Shown here: positions 1 to 8,832 of the stretch, piece by piece
How the letters are laid out: every line of letters starts with the position of its first letter
Numbering within the stretch: position 1 is the first letter of the stretch
DNA from: Candidatus Rokuibacteriota bacterium
GTDB taxonomy: Bacteria > Methylomirabilota > Methylomirabilia > Rokubacteriales > DASRDR01
DNA: 17,581 nucleotides
Direction of reading: 5' to 3'
NCBI GenBank assembly: GCA_044866005.1
Contig: JBIOTN010000171.1
Location: 1-17,581, forward strand
Program-made: the position numbers and the translations under genes
The notes under the pieces: model-generated
The model's input: only the letters and a program-made list of their open reading frames with translations
Database searches by the model: none
What the model was told of the DNA's origin: nothing

Positions 1-804
1 GAGCGGCGCCGTCGGGCCGCCGCCGTGCTGGAGCGACTCGAGCTCGCGGACGTGGCCGAGCGGTACCCGCGGGAGCTCTCCGGCGGGCAGCAACAGCGGG
101 TCGCGCTCGGGCGGGCCCTCGCGCCCGACCCCGAGCTCCTGCTCCTCGACGAGCCCCTGTCCGCCCTCGATGCTCCGCTCCGGCGCCAGCTCCGCGCCGA
201 GCTCGCGCGGCTGCTCCACGAGTGGGGCAAGACCGTCGTGCTCGTGACCCACGACCTCGCCGAGGCCTACCAGCTCGGCGACCGGCTCGTCGTGTACGAG
301 GCCGGGCGCGTGGTCCAGGCCGCGGCCAAGGACGAGCTGCTGCTCCGTCCCGCCTCCGAGACCGTCGCCCGACTCATGGGCATGCGGAACATCGTGCGTG
401 GCCGCGTGGTCAAGGCGACCGCCGACCGCGTGGAGATCGCGTGGCGAGGCCAGAGCATCGAGGCCGTGAACTCGCCGGCGCGCCCCTACCTGGCGCCGCC
501 CGGGACCCCCATCGCCTTCTGCGTGCGTCCCGAGTACGTCCGGCTGATCCGCAAGGATCGCGCCGGGCCGGACCCGGCGTACCACATGAACCGCCTGCGC
601 GGCACGATCGTCGGCGAGATCGACCAGGGCACGACGTGGACGATCCTGTTCCGGCTCGACGCGCCGGGCGAGCCGAGCCAGGGCGCGTACGACCTCGAGA
701 TCGAGCTGCCGAAGCTCGTCTACGAGATCCTGGACGTCGGGCGCGACCGCCACTGGGAGGTGTCGATGCACCGGGGCGCCATGCAGGTCCTCCCCTCGGG
801 ATGA
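1..804 (+). CDS. ABC importer ATP-binding subunit, ModC/CysA/PotA-like, with C-terminal OB/TOBE-like regulatory region (5'-truncated by window edge)
   Basis: Frame is open from base 1 (ERRRRAAAVLERLEL...). It has the signature LSGGQQQRVALGRAL, Walker B LLLLDEPLSALD and H-loop VLVTHD, followed by C-terminal VRPE and NRLRGTIV motifs. Walker A lies upstream of the window. The stop overlaps the next ATG (ATGA at 801-804). Confidence 0.85.
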   Translation, partial: ERRRRAAAVLERLELADVAERYPRELSGGQQQRVALGRALAPDPELLLLDEPLSALDAPLRRQLRAELARLLHEWGKTVVLVTHDLAEAYQLGDRLVVYEAGRVVQAAAKDELLLRPASETVARLMGMRNIVRGRVVKATADRVEIAWRGQSIEAVNSPARPYLAPPGTPIAFCVRPEYVRLIRKDRAGPDPAYHMNRLRGTIVGEIDQGTTWTILFRLDAPGEPSQGAYDLEIELPKLVYEILDVGRDRHWEVSMHRGAMQVLPSG

Positions 805-1934
805 CGGCTCTCGCCGGCGAGCCGGCGCGACCGGAGTCCACGGCGGGGGCGGTCCTCGCCCTCCACGAGGGCCGCGTCGTCTACGGCGGACGCCTCGTCC
901 TGGACGTGCCGGCCCTGGCGGTGGGCGCGGGCGAAGTCCTGGCGATCATCGGCCCGAACGGCGCGGGCAAGTCCACGCTCCTCCGGGTGCTCGCCCTGCT
1001 CGAGCGCCCGGCGCGCGGCACGGTGAGCTTCCGCGGGGGCACGCCGCGCTCGGCCGCGGAGCGGCTCGCCCTGCGCCGGCGGATGGTCTCCGTGTTCCAG
1101 GACCCGCTTCTCTGCGACGCGAGCGTGGCGGCGAACGTCCGCCTGCCGCTCGCGTTCCGCGGCGTCCCGCGCGCCGAGGCCGATCGCCGCGTGCGTCCCT
1201 GGCTCGAGCGGCTCGGCATCGCGACCCTCGCCGGGCGCGGGGCCACGACCCTGTCCGGCGGCGAGGCCCAGCGGGCCAGCCTGGCCCGCGCGTTCGCCGC
1301 GGAACCCGAGGTCCTCTTCCTCGACGAGCCGTTCGCGGCGCTCGATCCGCCGGCGCGCGACGGCCTGACCGAGGACCTCGCGCGGATCCTGCGCGAGACG
1401 CGGACCACGACCGTCTTCGTGACCCACGACCGCGCCGAGGCGCTTCGCTTCGGCGACCGCGTCGCCGTCATGATGGGCGGCCGGATCGCGCAGGTCGGGC
1501 GGCCGGAGGTCGTGTTCGGGGCGCCGGTCGACGAGGCCGTCGCGCGGCTGGTCGGCGTCGAGAACCTCCTCCCGGGCCATGTGGCCGCCGTCCGGGACGG
1601 ACTCGTGGAGGTGACGGTCGCCGGGCGGGTCCTCGTCGTCGCCGGCACGGCCGAGCCGGGCGAACGCGCGCTCGTGGCGTTGCGGCCCGAAGACCTGCTG
1701 CTCGAGGCGCCCGGCGCGACGCGCGCGACCAGCGCCCAGAACCGGTTGACCGGGCACGTGGTCGAGGTCGCGACCGTCGGCTTGCTCTACCGGGTCGTCG
1801 TGGACTGCGGTCTGCGCCTCACCGGCGTCGTGACCCGCCCGGCCGTCGAGACCCTCCGCCTCGCCCCGGGGGTGCCCGTGGGTGTCAGCTTCAAGGCGAC
1901 GGCGGCGCACCTGATCCGCGCGACGGGCCGCTGA
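801..1934 (+). CDS. Molybdate/tungstate ABC transporter ATP-binding protein (ModC/TupC/WtpC-like) with TOBE/Mop domain, 377 aa
   Basis: The real start is ATG 801 inside ORF 222..1934. Motifs: Walker A GPNGAGKST, Q-loop VFQDP, LSGGEAQRASLARA, LFLDEPFAALD and VTHD. The C-terminal TSAQNRLTGHV...VSFKATAAHL resembles the molybdate-binding TOBE/Mop motif (SARN...K). Confidence 0.85.
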   Translation: MTALAGEPARPESTAGAVLALHEGRVVYGGRLVLDVPALAVGAGEVLAIIGPNGAGKSTLLRVLALLERPARGTVSFRGGTPRSAAERLALRRRMVSVFQDPLLCDASVAANVRLPLAFRGVPRAEADRRVRPWLERLGIATLAGRGATTLSGGEAQRASLARAFAAEPEVLFLDEPFAALDPPARDGLTEDLARILRETRTTTVFVTHDRAEALRFGDRVAVMMGGRIAQVGRPEVVFGAPVDEAVARLVGVENLLPGHVAAVRDGLVEVTVAGRVLVVAGTAEPGERALVALRPEDLLLEAPGATRATSAQNRLTGHVVEVATVGLLYRVVVDCGLRLTGVVTRPAVETLRLAPGVPVGVSFKATAAHLIRATGR

Positions 1935-1961
1935 CGGTCCCGCCGCGCGACGGCGATCCGC

Positions 1962-1999
1962 CGCGGGGGTTACGCGGCCTCGTGCGGCCGAACCCCGCG
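1962..1999 (+). other. GC-rich stem-loop downstream of the transporter genes (possible terminator or processing hairpin)
   Basis: CGCGGGG(G)TT 1962-1971 pairs with AACCCCGCG 1991-1999. An inner stem CGGCC 1975-1979 pairs with GGCCG 1986-1990. There is no U-tract on the + strand. Confidence 0.35.
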
Positions 2000-2023
2000 C
2001 CGCTTCGTCCGGTACGGCGTTTG

Positions 2024-2050
2024 AAAACGGCCTCCCCCGGAAGGAGGCCG
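2024..2050 (-). terminator. Intrinsic-terminator-like hairpin, oriented on the minus strand
   Basis: Perfect 8-bp stem CGGCCTCC (2028-2035) / GGAGGCCG (2043-2050) with a 7-nt loop. It is preceded by AAAA (2024-2027), which reads as a short U-tract after the stem on the minus strand. Confidence 0.3.
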
Positions 2051-2135
2051 CCGCTGGTCGCCGCCTGGCAATACTGCAAAGTCCCTAGAGCCCATCCCGG
2101 GTTGCGACCACGCGCGCCGTCCCGAATGCTCGACA

Positions 2136-4769
2136 GTGTGCCCTTCGCCGGCCGATGGCCCCGTGATTGAGCGTCCCGGCGCGCCGAGCCGCGGGCGGGG
2201 GGCATCCATCCGCGCGCTCCACACGCGGTCGCGGGGTCCCGCCCGCGCGCACCCTGCCCCACGAGCCGACGCCCGCCCGCGCGCCGAGGGGAAGTTCGTG
2301 TATCTCGGCGACGAGAAGCTCTGGATCCGGGGAGTCAGCTACGGCACCTTCCGCCCCGACGCCCACGGCAGCGACTACGGGAGCCGCGAGCGCGTCGAGC
2401 GGGACTTCACCGAGATCGCCGCGCACGGGTTGAACGCGCTGCGGACGTATACGGTGCCACCGCGCTGGCTGCTCGACGCCGCCGTCGACCACGGTCTCTG
2501 GGTGATGGTCGGACTGCCCTGGGAGCAGCACGTCACGTTCCTCGACGATCGCGCCCGGGCCCGGGACATCGAGGCGCGCGTGCGCGCGGGCGTCGCCGCC
2601 TGCGCCGGACACCCCGCGGTGCTCGGGTTCACGGTCGGCAACGAGATCCCGAGCCCGGTCGTCCGCTGGCACGGGCCTCGCCGTGTCGAACGCTTCCTCG
2701 AGCGCCTCCACCGGGCGGCGAAGGCGGAAGACCCCGCCGCGCTGGTGACGTACGTCAACTATCCGACGACGGAGCACCTGGAGCTCCCCTTCCTCGACCT
2801 GGTGACCTTCAACGTCTACCTGGAGGCGCGGGACCGGCTCGAGGCGTACGTGGCGCGACTCCACAACCTGGCCGGGGACCGCCCCCTCGTCATGAGCGAG
2901 CTCGGACTGGACAGCCGCCGGCACGGCGAGGAGAGGCAGGCGCACGTGCTCGACTGGCAGGTGCGCGCGGCGTTCGCCGGCGGCTGCGCCGGCGCGTTCG
3001 TCTTCGCCTGGACCGACGAGTGGCACCGCGGGGGCGACGACATCAAGGACTGGGACTTCGGGCTCACCCGCCGGGACCGCCGCCCCAAGCCGGCGCTCTA
3101 CCGGGTGCGAGACGCCCTGGCCGAGGTGCCGGTCAGCGAGGACGGGGGCTGGCCACGGATCACGGTGGTCGTGTGCAGCTACAACGGGGCGCGCACCATC
3201 CGGGACTGTCTGGAGGGGCTGCGGCGACTCGAGTACCCGAGCTTCGACGTGATCGTGGTGGACGACGGCTCGCAGGACGTGACGCCGGCCGTCGCGCGCG
3301 AATACGGGATGCGGGTGATCAGCACCGAGAACCGGGGGCTGTCGAGCGCGCGCAACACCGGCTGGCGCGCCGCCACCGGCGAGATCGTGGCGTACATCGA
3401 CGACGACGCCTGGCCGGACCGCCACTGGCTCACCTACCTGGCCGAGGCGTTCCGTACCACCTCGCACGTCGGGATCGGCGGCCCGAACGTGCCCCCGACG
3501 GGCGACCCGCCGGTCGCCCGCTGCGTGGCCCAGGCACCCGGCGGGCCCGCCCACGTGCTCCTGTCCGATCGCGAGGCCGAGCACATCCCGGGCTGCAACA
3601 TGGCCTTCCGCCGGTCCGCGCTCGAGGCCGTGGGGGGGTTCGACGCGCAGTTCCGCGCCGCCGGCGACGACGTGGACCTCTGCTGGCGGCTCCAGGGGCG
3701 TGGCTTCACGATCGGCTTCCACCCCGGGGCCCTCGTCTGGCACCGCCGGCGCGCGTCGGTCCGCGGGTACTGGCGCCAGCAGCAGGGCTACGGGAGGGCC
3801 GAGGCGCTCCTCGAGCGGAAGTGGCCCGAGAAGTACAACGGCGCCGGGCACCTCGCCTGGCGTGGACGGCTGTACGGCGCGGGCACCGGACGCGGTCTCG
3901 CCTGGCGGCGTGGCCGGATCTACCAGGGCACGTGGGGCAGCGCGGCCTACCAGTCGCTCTACGAGCCGGCGTCGGGGCTCGCCGCCTCGCTCGTGCTGAT
4001 GCCCGAATGGTACCTCGTGGTCCTGACCCTCGCGGCGCTCACCGCCCTCGGTCTCCTGTGGACGCCGCTCCTCGCCGCGGCGCCGCTCCTGGTCACCGCC
4101 CTCGCGGGCCCGCTGGCCCACGCGGTCCTGAGCGCCCTGCGCGCGCGGCTCGCCCCGCTGCCCGCGGGGCGCCTCGCGCGGCTGCGGCTTCGGGCGATCA
4201 CGGCGTTCCTCCATCTGCTCCAGCCGCTGGCGCGGCTGACCGGTCGCCTGCGCCAGGGCCTGACGCCGTGGCGCCGGCGCGGCACGATCCGGCCTGTCCT
4301 GCCGTGGCCCTGGCGCGCGGCGGTCTGGCGCGAGCGCTGGGAAGCGCCCGAGGCGACGCTCCAGTCACTCGAGCGATCGCTGCGCGGCGTGGGCGCGACG
4401 GTGCGACGCGGCGGCGACTTCGATCGCTGGGACCTCGAGGTGGGGCTCGGGGCCGTCGCCGGCGCTCGGCTGCTGGTGGCGATCGAGGAGCACGGCGCCG
4501 GCCGGCAATACGTTCGGCTCAAGGCCTGGCCGCGGCCGTCGCCGGCGTGGCTCGCCGTCGCCGCCGGCGCGGCGGCGCTCGGCGCCTGTGCCGCGCTGGA
4601 CGACGCCTGGGCGGTCGCCGGCCTCCTGAGCATGGTGGGGCTCGCCACGGCGCTCTGGGCCGCGCGCGACGCCGGCGCCGCGCTGGCCGCCGCCCGCCGC
4701 GCCGTTCCGTCCGTGTCGGCCGCCCCCGCCCCGGCCGAGCCCGGCGTGCCCGCGGACCGCGCGGCCTGA
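2136..4769 (+). CDS. Fusion protein: clan GH-A (GH2/GH5-like TIM barrel) glycoside hydrolase + GT2 glycosyltransferase + C-terminal membrane domain (start uncertain; GTG 2163 is an alternative)
   Basis: GH part (~2289-3120): RGVSYG, GLNALRTY, acid/base motif VGNEIP (E at 2643), nucleophile motif VMSELG (E at 2898), FAWTDEW and RRPKPA. GT2 part (~3150-3830): VVVCSYNG, VVDDGSQD, YIDDDA, PGCNMAFRR and GDDVDLCWRL. Hydrophobic segments follow at ~3980-4230 and ~4545-4660. Confidence 0.88.
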   Translation: MCPSPADGPVIERPGAPSRGRGASIRALHTRSRGPARAHPAPRADARPRAEGKFVYLGDEKLWIRGVSYGTFRPDAHGSDYGSRERVERDFTEIAAHGLNALRTYTVPPRWLLDAAVDHGLWVMVGLPWEQHVTFLDDRARARDIEARVRAGVAACAGHPAVLGFTVGNEIPSPVVRWHGPRRVERFLERLHRAAKAEDPAALVTYVNYPTTEHLELPFLDLVTFNVYLEARDRLEAYVARLHNLAGDRPLVMSELGLDSRRHGEERQAHVLDWQVRAAFAGGCAGAFVFAWTDEWHRGGDDIKDWDFGLTRRDRRPKPALYRVRDALAEVPVSEDGGWPRITVVVCSYNGARTIRDCLEGLRRLEYPSFDVIVVDDGSQDVTPAVAREYGMRVISTENRGLSSARNTGWRAATGEIVAYIDDDAWPDRHWLTYLAEAFRTTSHVGIGGPNVPPTGDPPVARCVAQAPGGPAHVLLSDREAEHIPGCNMAFRRSALEAVGGFDAQFRAAGDDVDLCWRLQGRGFTIGFHPGALVWHRRRASVRGYWRQQQGYGRAEALLERKWPEKYNGAGHLAWRGRLYGAGTGRGLAWRRGRIYQGTWGSAAYQSLYEPASGLAASLVLMPEWYLVVLTLAALTALGLLWTPLLAAAPLLVTALAGPLAHAVLSALRARLAPLPAGRLARLRLRAITAFLHLLQPLARLTGRLRQGLTPWRRRGTIRPVLPWPWRAAVWRERWEAPEATLQSLERSLRGVGATVRRGGDFDRWDLEVGLGAVAGARLLVAIEEHGAGRQYVRLKAWPRPSPAWLAVAAGAAALGACAALDDAWAVAGLLSMVGLATALWAARDAGAALAAARRAVPSVSAAPAPAEPGVPADRAA

Positions 4770-4777
4770 GCGGGGCG

Positions 4778-6598
4778 ATGCTCGCCCAGTTTCGCCTGCT
4801 TCGCTACGTCTGGCCACACTGGCGCGACGTCGTCGTGGTCTTGTTCATGACCGGCCTCGCCGTTGCGGTCGACGTCCTGCGGCCCTGGCCGATGAAGTTC
4901 CTCGTGGACAACGTGCTCGGGCAGCAGCCGTTGCCCGACGCGGTCGCGGCCGCGCTGGGGAGGCTCCCCGGCCCGGGAGGCCGCGAGGGCCTGCTGCTCT
5001 GGGTGGTGGTCGGCACCCTCCTCCTCTTCTTCGCCGGCACGCTCCTCGCGATGGTGCAGACCGCGGCCTCCGTCCGCCTCGGCCAGCGATTGGTCTACGA
5101 GCTGGGGGCGGATCTCTTCCTCCACCTGCAGCGGCTCTCCCTCTCCTTCCACAGCCGGCGGCCGGTCGGCGACACGATCGCGCGCGTGACCGGCGACCCC
5201 TACGGGCTCCAGACCCTGGTGAACGGCGCCCTCCTGCCCCTGGCCCACGCGGTGGTGACGCTGGGCGCGATGTTCGCGGTGATGTGGCGGCTCGAGCCGA
5301 CCATGACCGTGCTGGCGCTCGGCGTGGTCCCGTTCCTCGGGCTCGCCATCCAGCTCTTCGGCAAGTCCATGCAGGACAAGAGCCGCGTCCGCCGCGACCT
5401 CGAGGGGCGGATGATGTCGGTGGTGCAGCAGGCGCTGACCGCCGTTGCGGCCATCCAGGCGTTCACCCGTGAAGAGCTGGAACACACGCGCTTCCGCCAG
5501 TACGCCGAGCTGACGGTCACGGCGTACCGGCGCTCGGTCGCCACCGACATGTGGTTCAAGCTGGTCGTGGGCCTGGTGACCGCCCTGGGCACGGCGGGGA
5601 TCATGTGGGTCGGCGCGCGCTACGCCATGGAGGGGCGCCTGAGCGTGGGGACGATCATCGTCTTCATCTCCTACCTGAGCTCGCTCTACGCGCCTGTGAA
5701 CTCCCTCACCTATACCGCCTCCACCCTCCGCTACACCGCTGCCAACGCCGAGCGCGTCCTGGAGATCCTGGACACGCCGCCCGGCGTGCGCGACGCGCGC
5801 GACGCCAGGGAGGTTCGCCTCCGCGGGCACGTGCGCTTCCACGACGTGACGTTCGGATACGACCCCCATCGGCCGGTTCTCCACCGGGTGTCGCTGGAGG
5901 TCGAGCCGGGGGAGGTCCTCGCCATCGTGGGGCCGACGGGTGCCGGCAAGACGAGCCTGGTCAACCTGCTCGTCCGGTTCTTCGACCCGTGGTCCGGCCG
6001 GGTGACGGTGGACGGCCACGATCTCCGCCACATCCGGCTCCGCTCGCTGCGGGAGCAGGTGGCCATCGTGCTCCAGGAACCGTTCATCTTCCCGCTGACC
6101 GTCGCCGAGAACATCGCCTACGGCCGCCCGGACGCCTCCCGCGAGGAGATCGTCGCGGCCGCCGTCGCGGCCAACGCCGACGAGTTCATCCGCGGGCTCC
6201 CCGACGGCTACGACACGGTGGTCGGCGAGCGCGGCGCCACGCTCTCCGGGGGCGAGAAGCAGCGACTGGCCATCGCGCGCGCGCTCGTGAAGAACGCGCC
6301 GATCCTCATCCTCGACGAGCCGACGTCATCCCTCGACGCGCGCACGGAGTCGCTCCTGCTCGACGCGCTGGAGCAGCTCATGGTCGGGCGCACCACGCTG
6401 GTGATCGCTCACCGGCTGTCGACGATCCGCAAGGCCGACCGCATCGTCACCCTGGCGCACGGCCGCATCGTGGAGCACGGCGAGCACGGCGACCTCCTGG
6501 CCCGCGGCGGGCTCTACGCGACGCTCTACCGGCAACAGATGGGTCTCGACCGGCCCCCCCGCGGCGTGCCCGCCGCCCGGCCCGAGGTGGAGGGCTGA
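4778..6598 (+). CDS. ABC exporter, fused transmembrane + ATPase (MsbA/NdvA/PglK-like), 606 aa
   Basis: Start is ATG 4778 within ORF 3020..6598. The N-terminal TM region contains LFLHLQRLSLSFH. The NBD has GPTGAGKT (5930-5953), VLQEP, GERGATLSGGEKQR, ILILDEPTSSLD and IAHRLSTI. Confidence 0.93.
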   Translation: MLAQFRLLRYVWPHWRDVVVVLFMTGLAVAVDVLRPWPMKFLVDNVLGQQPLPDAVAAALGRLPGPGGREGLLLWVVVGTLLLFFAGTLLAMVQTAASVRLGQRLVYELGADLFLHLQRLSLSFHSRRPVGDTIARVTGDPYGLQTLVNGALLPLAHAVVTLGAMFAVMWRLEPTMTVLALGVVPFLGLAIQLFGKSMQDKSRVRRDLEGRMMSVVQQALTAVAAIQAFTREELEHTRFRQYAELTVTAYRRSVATDMWFKLVVGLVTALGTAGIMWVGARYAMEGRLSVGTIIVFISYLSSLYAPVNSLTYTASTLRYTAANAERVLEILDTPPGVRDARDAREVRLRGHVRFHDVTFGYDPHRPVLHRVSLEVEPGEVLAIVGPTGAGKTSLVNLLVRFFDPWSGRVTVDGHDLRHIRLRSLREQVAIVLQEPFIFPLTVAENIAYGRPDASREEIVAAAVAANADEFIRGLPDGYDTVVGERGATLSGGEKQRLAIARALVKNAPILILDEPTSSLDARTESLLLDALEQLMVGRTTLVIAHRLSTIRKADRIVTLAHGRIVEHGEHGDLLARGGLYATLYRQQMGLDRPPRGVPAARPEVEG

Positions 6599-6599
6599 C

Positions 6600-7781
6600 G
6601 TGCGCCGGCGCGGCCGGCTGGTCGTCCTCGGCATCGTCGGCCGGACGCCCGTCGCGGGGGTCGCCTGGCAGGCCCTCCACTACCTCGAGGGCTTCCGCCG
6701 CCTCGGCTTCGACGTCTACTACGTCGAGGACACCGGCGACTGGCCCTACGACCCGGAGCAGAACGCGGTCACCGGGGACGGCCGCTACACCGTCGGCTAC
6801 CTGGCGCGGGTGCTGGGGTGGGCCGGGCTCCACGACCGCTGGGCCTATCGGGCAGCCGCGGAAGGGGGCCGATGCTACGGAATCGGCGAGGCCGCGCTCG
6901 CCGAGCTGTTCGCCACGGCCGACGCGCTGGTCAACGTGACCGGGGCCACGGTGCTCCGGGACGAGCACCTCCGCGTGCCCGTCCGGATCTTCCTCGAGAC
7001 CGACCCGGTCGTCCCGCAGATCGAGGTCGCCCAGGGCGAGCGCTTCACCACGGACCTGCTCGCCGCCCACACCCACCACTTCACGTTCGGCGAGAACCTG
7101 GGCAGCCCCGACTGCCCGATCCCCCTGGGCCCGTTCGCCTATCGTCTGACGCGCCAGCCCATCGTCCTCGACTGGTGGGCGACCGACGCGGCGACCGCGC
7201 CGGCGGCCGACGCCCCCTTCACCACGATCGGGAGCTGGCGGCAGACGGGCAAGGACGTCGAATGGCAGGGACAGGTCTACCGGTGGAGCAAGCACCTGGA
7301 GTTCCTGAAGGTGATCGATCTCCCGCGGCAGGCGGGCCACGCGCTCGAGCTCGCCCTCACCCGCGTCGACGCCGACGCGGTGCGGCTCCTCACGACCCAC
7401 GGGTGGCGGCTCCGTGACGGCCTCGCCCTGTCGCTCGAGCTCGAGCCCTACCGGGAGTACATCCGCGGCTCCCGGGGGGAGTTCACCGTCACGAAGGATC
7501 AGTACGTGCGGCCGCGGAGCGGCTGGTTCAGCGACCGCAGCGCCTGTTACCTGGCCGCCCACCGGCCGGTGATCACGCAGGACACGGGATTCAGCAAGTA
7601 CATCCCGACCGGCAAGGGGCTGTTCGCGTTCCAGACGATCGATGACATCCTCGCCGCGCTCGACACGGTCGCCCGGGACTACGAGGCGAACTGCCGGGCC
7701 GCGGCGGAGATCGCCGCCGAGTACTTCGCGGCCGAGCCGGTCCTCGACCGGCTGGGTCGAGAGGTGGGGCTGTCGCCGTAG
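6600..7781 (+). CDS. Uncharacterised GT-B-fold glycosyltransferase-like protein, 393 aa (paralog of 13663..14823)
   Basis: GTG start 1 nt after the exporter stop. N-terminal GVAWQALHYLEGFRRLGFDVYYVE and C-terminal YREYIRGSRGE...SGWFSDRSACYLAAHRPVITQD, which resembles the C-terminal Rossmann segment of CgeB/GT-B proteins. The family assignment is inference. Confidence 0.65.
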   Translation: MRRRGRLVVLGIVGRTPVAGVAWQALHYLEGFRRLGFDVYYVEDTGDWPYDPEQNAVTGDGRYTVGYLARVLGWAGLHDRWAYRAAAEGGRCYGIGEAALAELFATADALVNVTGATVLRDEHLRVPVRIFLETDPVVPQIEVAQGERFTTDLLAAHTHHFTFGENLGSPDCPIPLGPFAYRLTRQPIVLDWWATDAATAPAADAPFTTIGSWRQTGKDVEWQGQVYRWSKHLEFLKVIDLPRQAGHALELALTRVDADAVRLLTTHGWRLRDGLALSLELEPYREYIRGSRGEFTVTKDQYVRPRSGWFSDRSACYLAAHRPVITQDTGFSKYIPTGKGLFAFQTIDDILAALDTVARDYEANCRAAAEIAAEYFAAEPVLDRLGREVGLSP

Positions 7782-7797
7782 CGCCCGGCGGGCTCGC

Positions 7798-8832
7798 ATG
7801 CGGATCCTCCAGCTCGCCCCGCTCTGGTTTCCCGTCTCGCCGGACTCGATCGGCGGCATCGAGACCTTCCTGGCCGGCCTGATCCAGGCGCTTCAGGCCC
7901 GCGGCTGCCGCAACACCCTGCTCGCGACCGGTGACTCCCGGACGGCCGCCGAGGTCGTGCCGGTCGTCGGCGAGAACCTGTACGCCCGGATGGCCAGCGG
8001 GGCGGCGTCCGAGTACGACTACTACGAGCAAGAGCAGCTGCTGCAGGCGCTCGCGCGGGCCGGCGACTTCGACCTCGTGCACTCGCACATCGGGCCCCGC
8101 GCGTTCGCGCTGGCCGGCGTCCCGGGCCTTCGGGTGCTGCACACCTGGCACACCCAGATCTACCCGGACCTCGAGTGGTTCGTCCGCCGCCACCCGGAGC
8201 TGCGCCTGTCCGCGGTCAGCGAGTTCCAGGCCGGCAAGCTGCGGGCGCACGGCGCCGTCCACTGCGACGTGATCCACAACGGCCTCGACGTCGCGTCGTT
8301 CCCGTTCGAGCCGACCGCCGGTGATGGCCTGCTCTTCATCGGCCGCCTGGATCGGACCAAGGGTCCCGACCTCGCCGTCCAGGTCGCCCGCGCGTCGAGC
8401 CGGAGACTGGTGCTCGCCGGCCCCATCACCGACCCCGACCTCTTCGCCACGGCGGTCGAGCCGTTCCTGGACGACAGGATCCGGTACGTCGGGGTCGTGG
8501 ACCATCGGCAGAAGCGCGAGCTGTTCGCGGGGGCGGCGTGCGTCCTCGTGCCGTCACGCGTCGAGGAGGCGTGCCCGCTCGTCGCCCTCGAGGCCCAGGC
8601 GTGCGGCCGGCCCGTGGTCGCGCTCGCCAACGGCGGTCTCCCCGAGCTCGTGGAGCCGGGGGTCACCGGCTACGTGACGGACGACGAGCGCCGGCTGCCC
8701 GAGCTGGTGAGCCGCGCCCTCGGGCTGGACCGCGCGCTCATCCGTGCCCGGGCCACCGAGCGCTTCGATCTCGCGGCGGTGGCGGGCCGATACCACGAGC
8801 TGTACGTGAAGATGATGGCGGGGTCGGCATGA
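7798..8832 (+). CDS. GT4 family glycosyltransferase, 344 aa
   Basis: Start ATG 7798. Motifs: MRILQLAP...GGIET, FDLVHSH, VIHNGLD, FIGRLDRTKG and the EX7E motif EACPLVALEAQACGRPVV. The stop overlaps the next ATG (ATGA at 8829-8832). Confidence 0.9.
   Translation: MRILQLAPLWFPVSPDSIGGIETFLAGLIQALQARGCRNTLLATGDSRTAAEVVPVVGENLYARMASGAASEYDYYEQEQLLQALARAGDFDLVHSHIGPRAFALAGVPGLRVLHTWHTQIYPDLEWFVRRHPELRLSAVSEFQAGKLRAHGAVHCDVIHNGLDVASFPFEPTAGDGLLFIGRLDRTKGPDLAVQVARASSRRLVLAGPITDPDLFATAVEPFLDDRIRYVGVVDHRQKRELFAGAACVLVPSRVEEACPLVALEAQACGRPVVALANGGLPELVEPGVTGYVTDDERRLPELVSRALGLDRALIRARATERFDLAAVAGRYHELYVKMMAGSA

Noticed and set aside
222..800. Long N-terminal extensions of ORFs 222..1934, 3020..6598, 7642..8832, 8538..10601 and 10857..13640
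   Set aside because: They are Arg/Pro/Gly-rich off-frame read-through over real upstream genes. The true starts are at 801, 4778, 7798, 8829 and 11781/11784, right at the upstream stops.
2037..2047. CCGGAAGGA similar to the SRP RNA domain IV loop
   Set aside because: The flanking conserved CAGG and AGCAG internal-loop sequences are absent.
2066..2080. TGGCA...TGCA as a sigma54 promoter upstream of the GH-GT2 gene
   Set aside because: The GG to GC spacing is 7 nt rather than the required 10.
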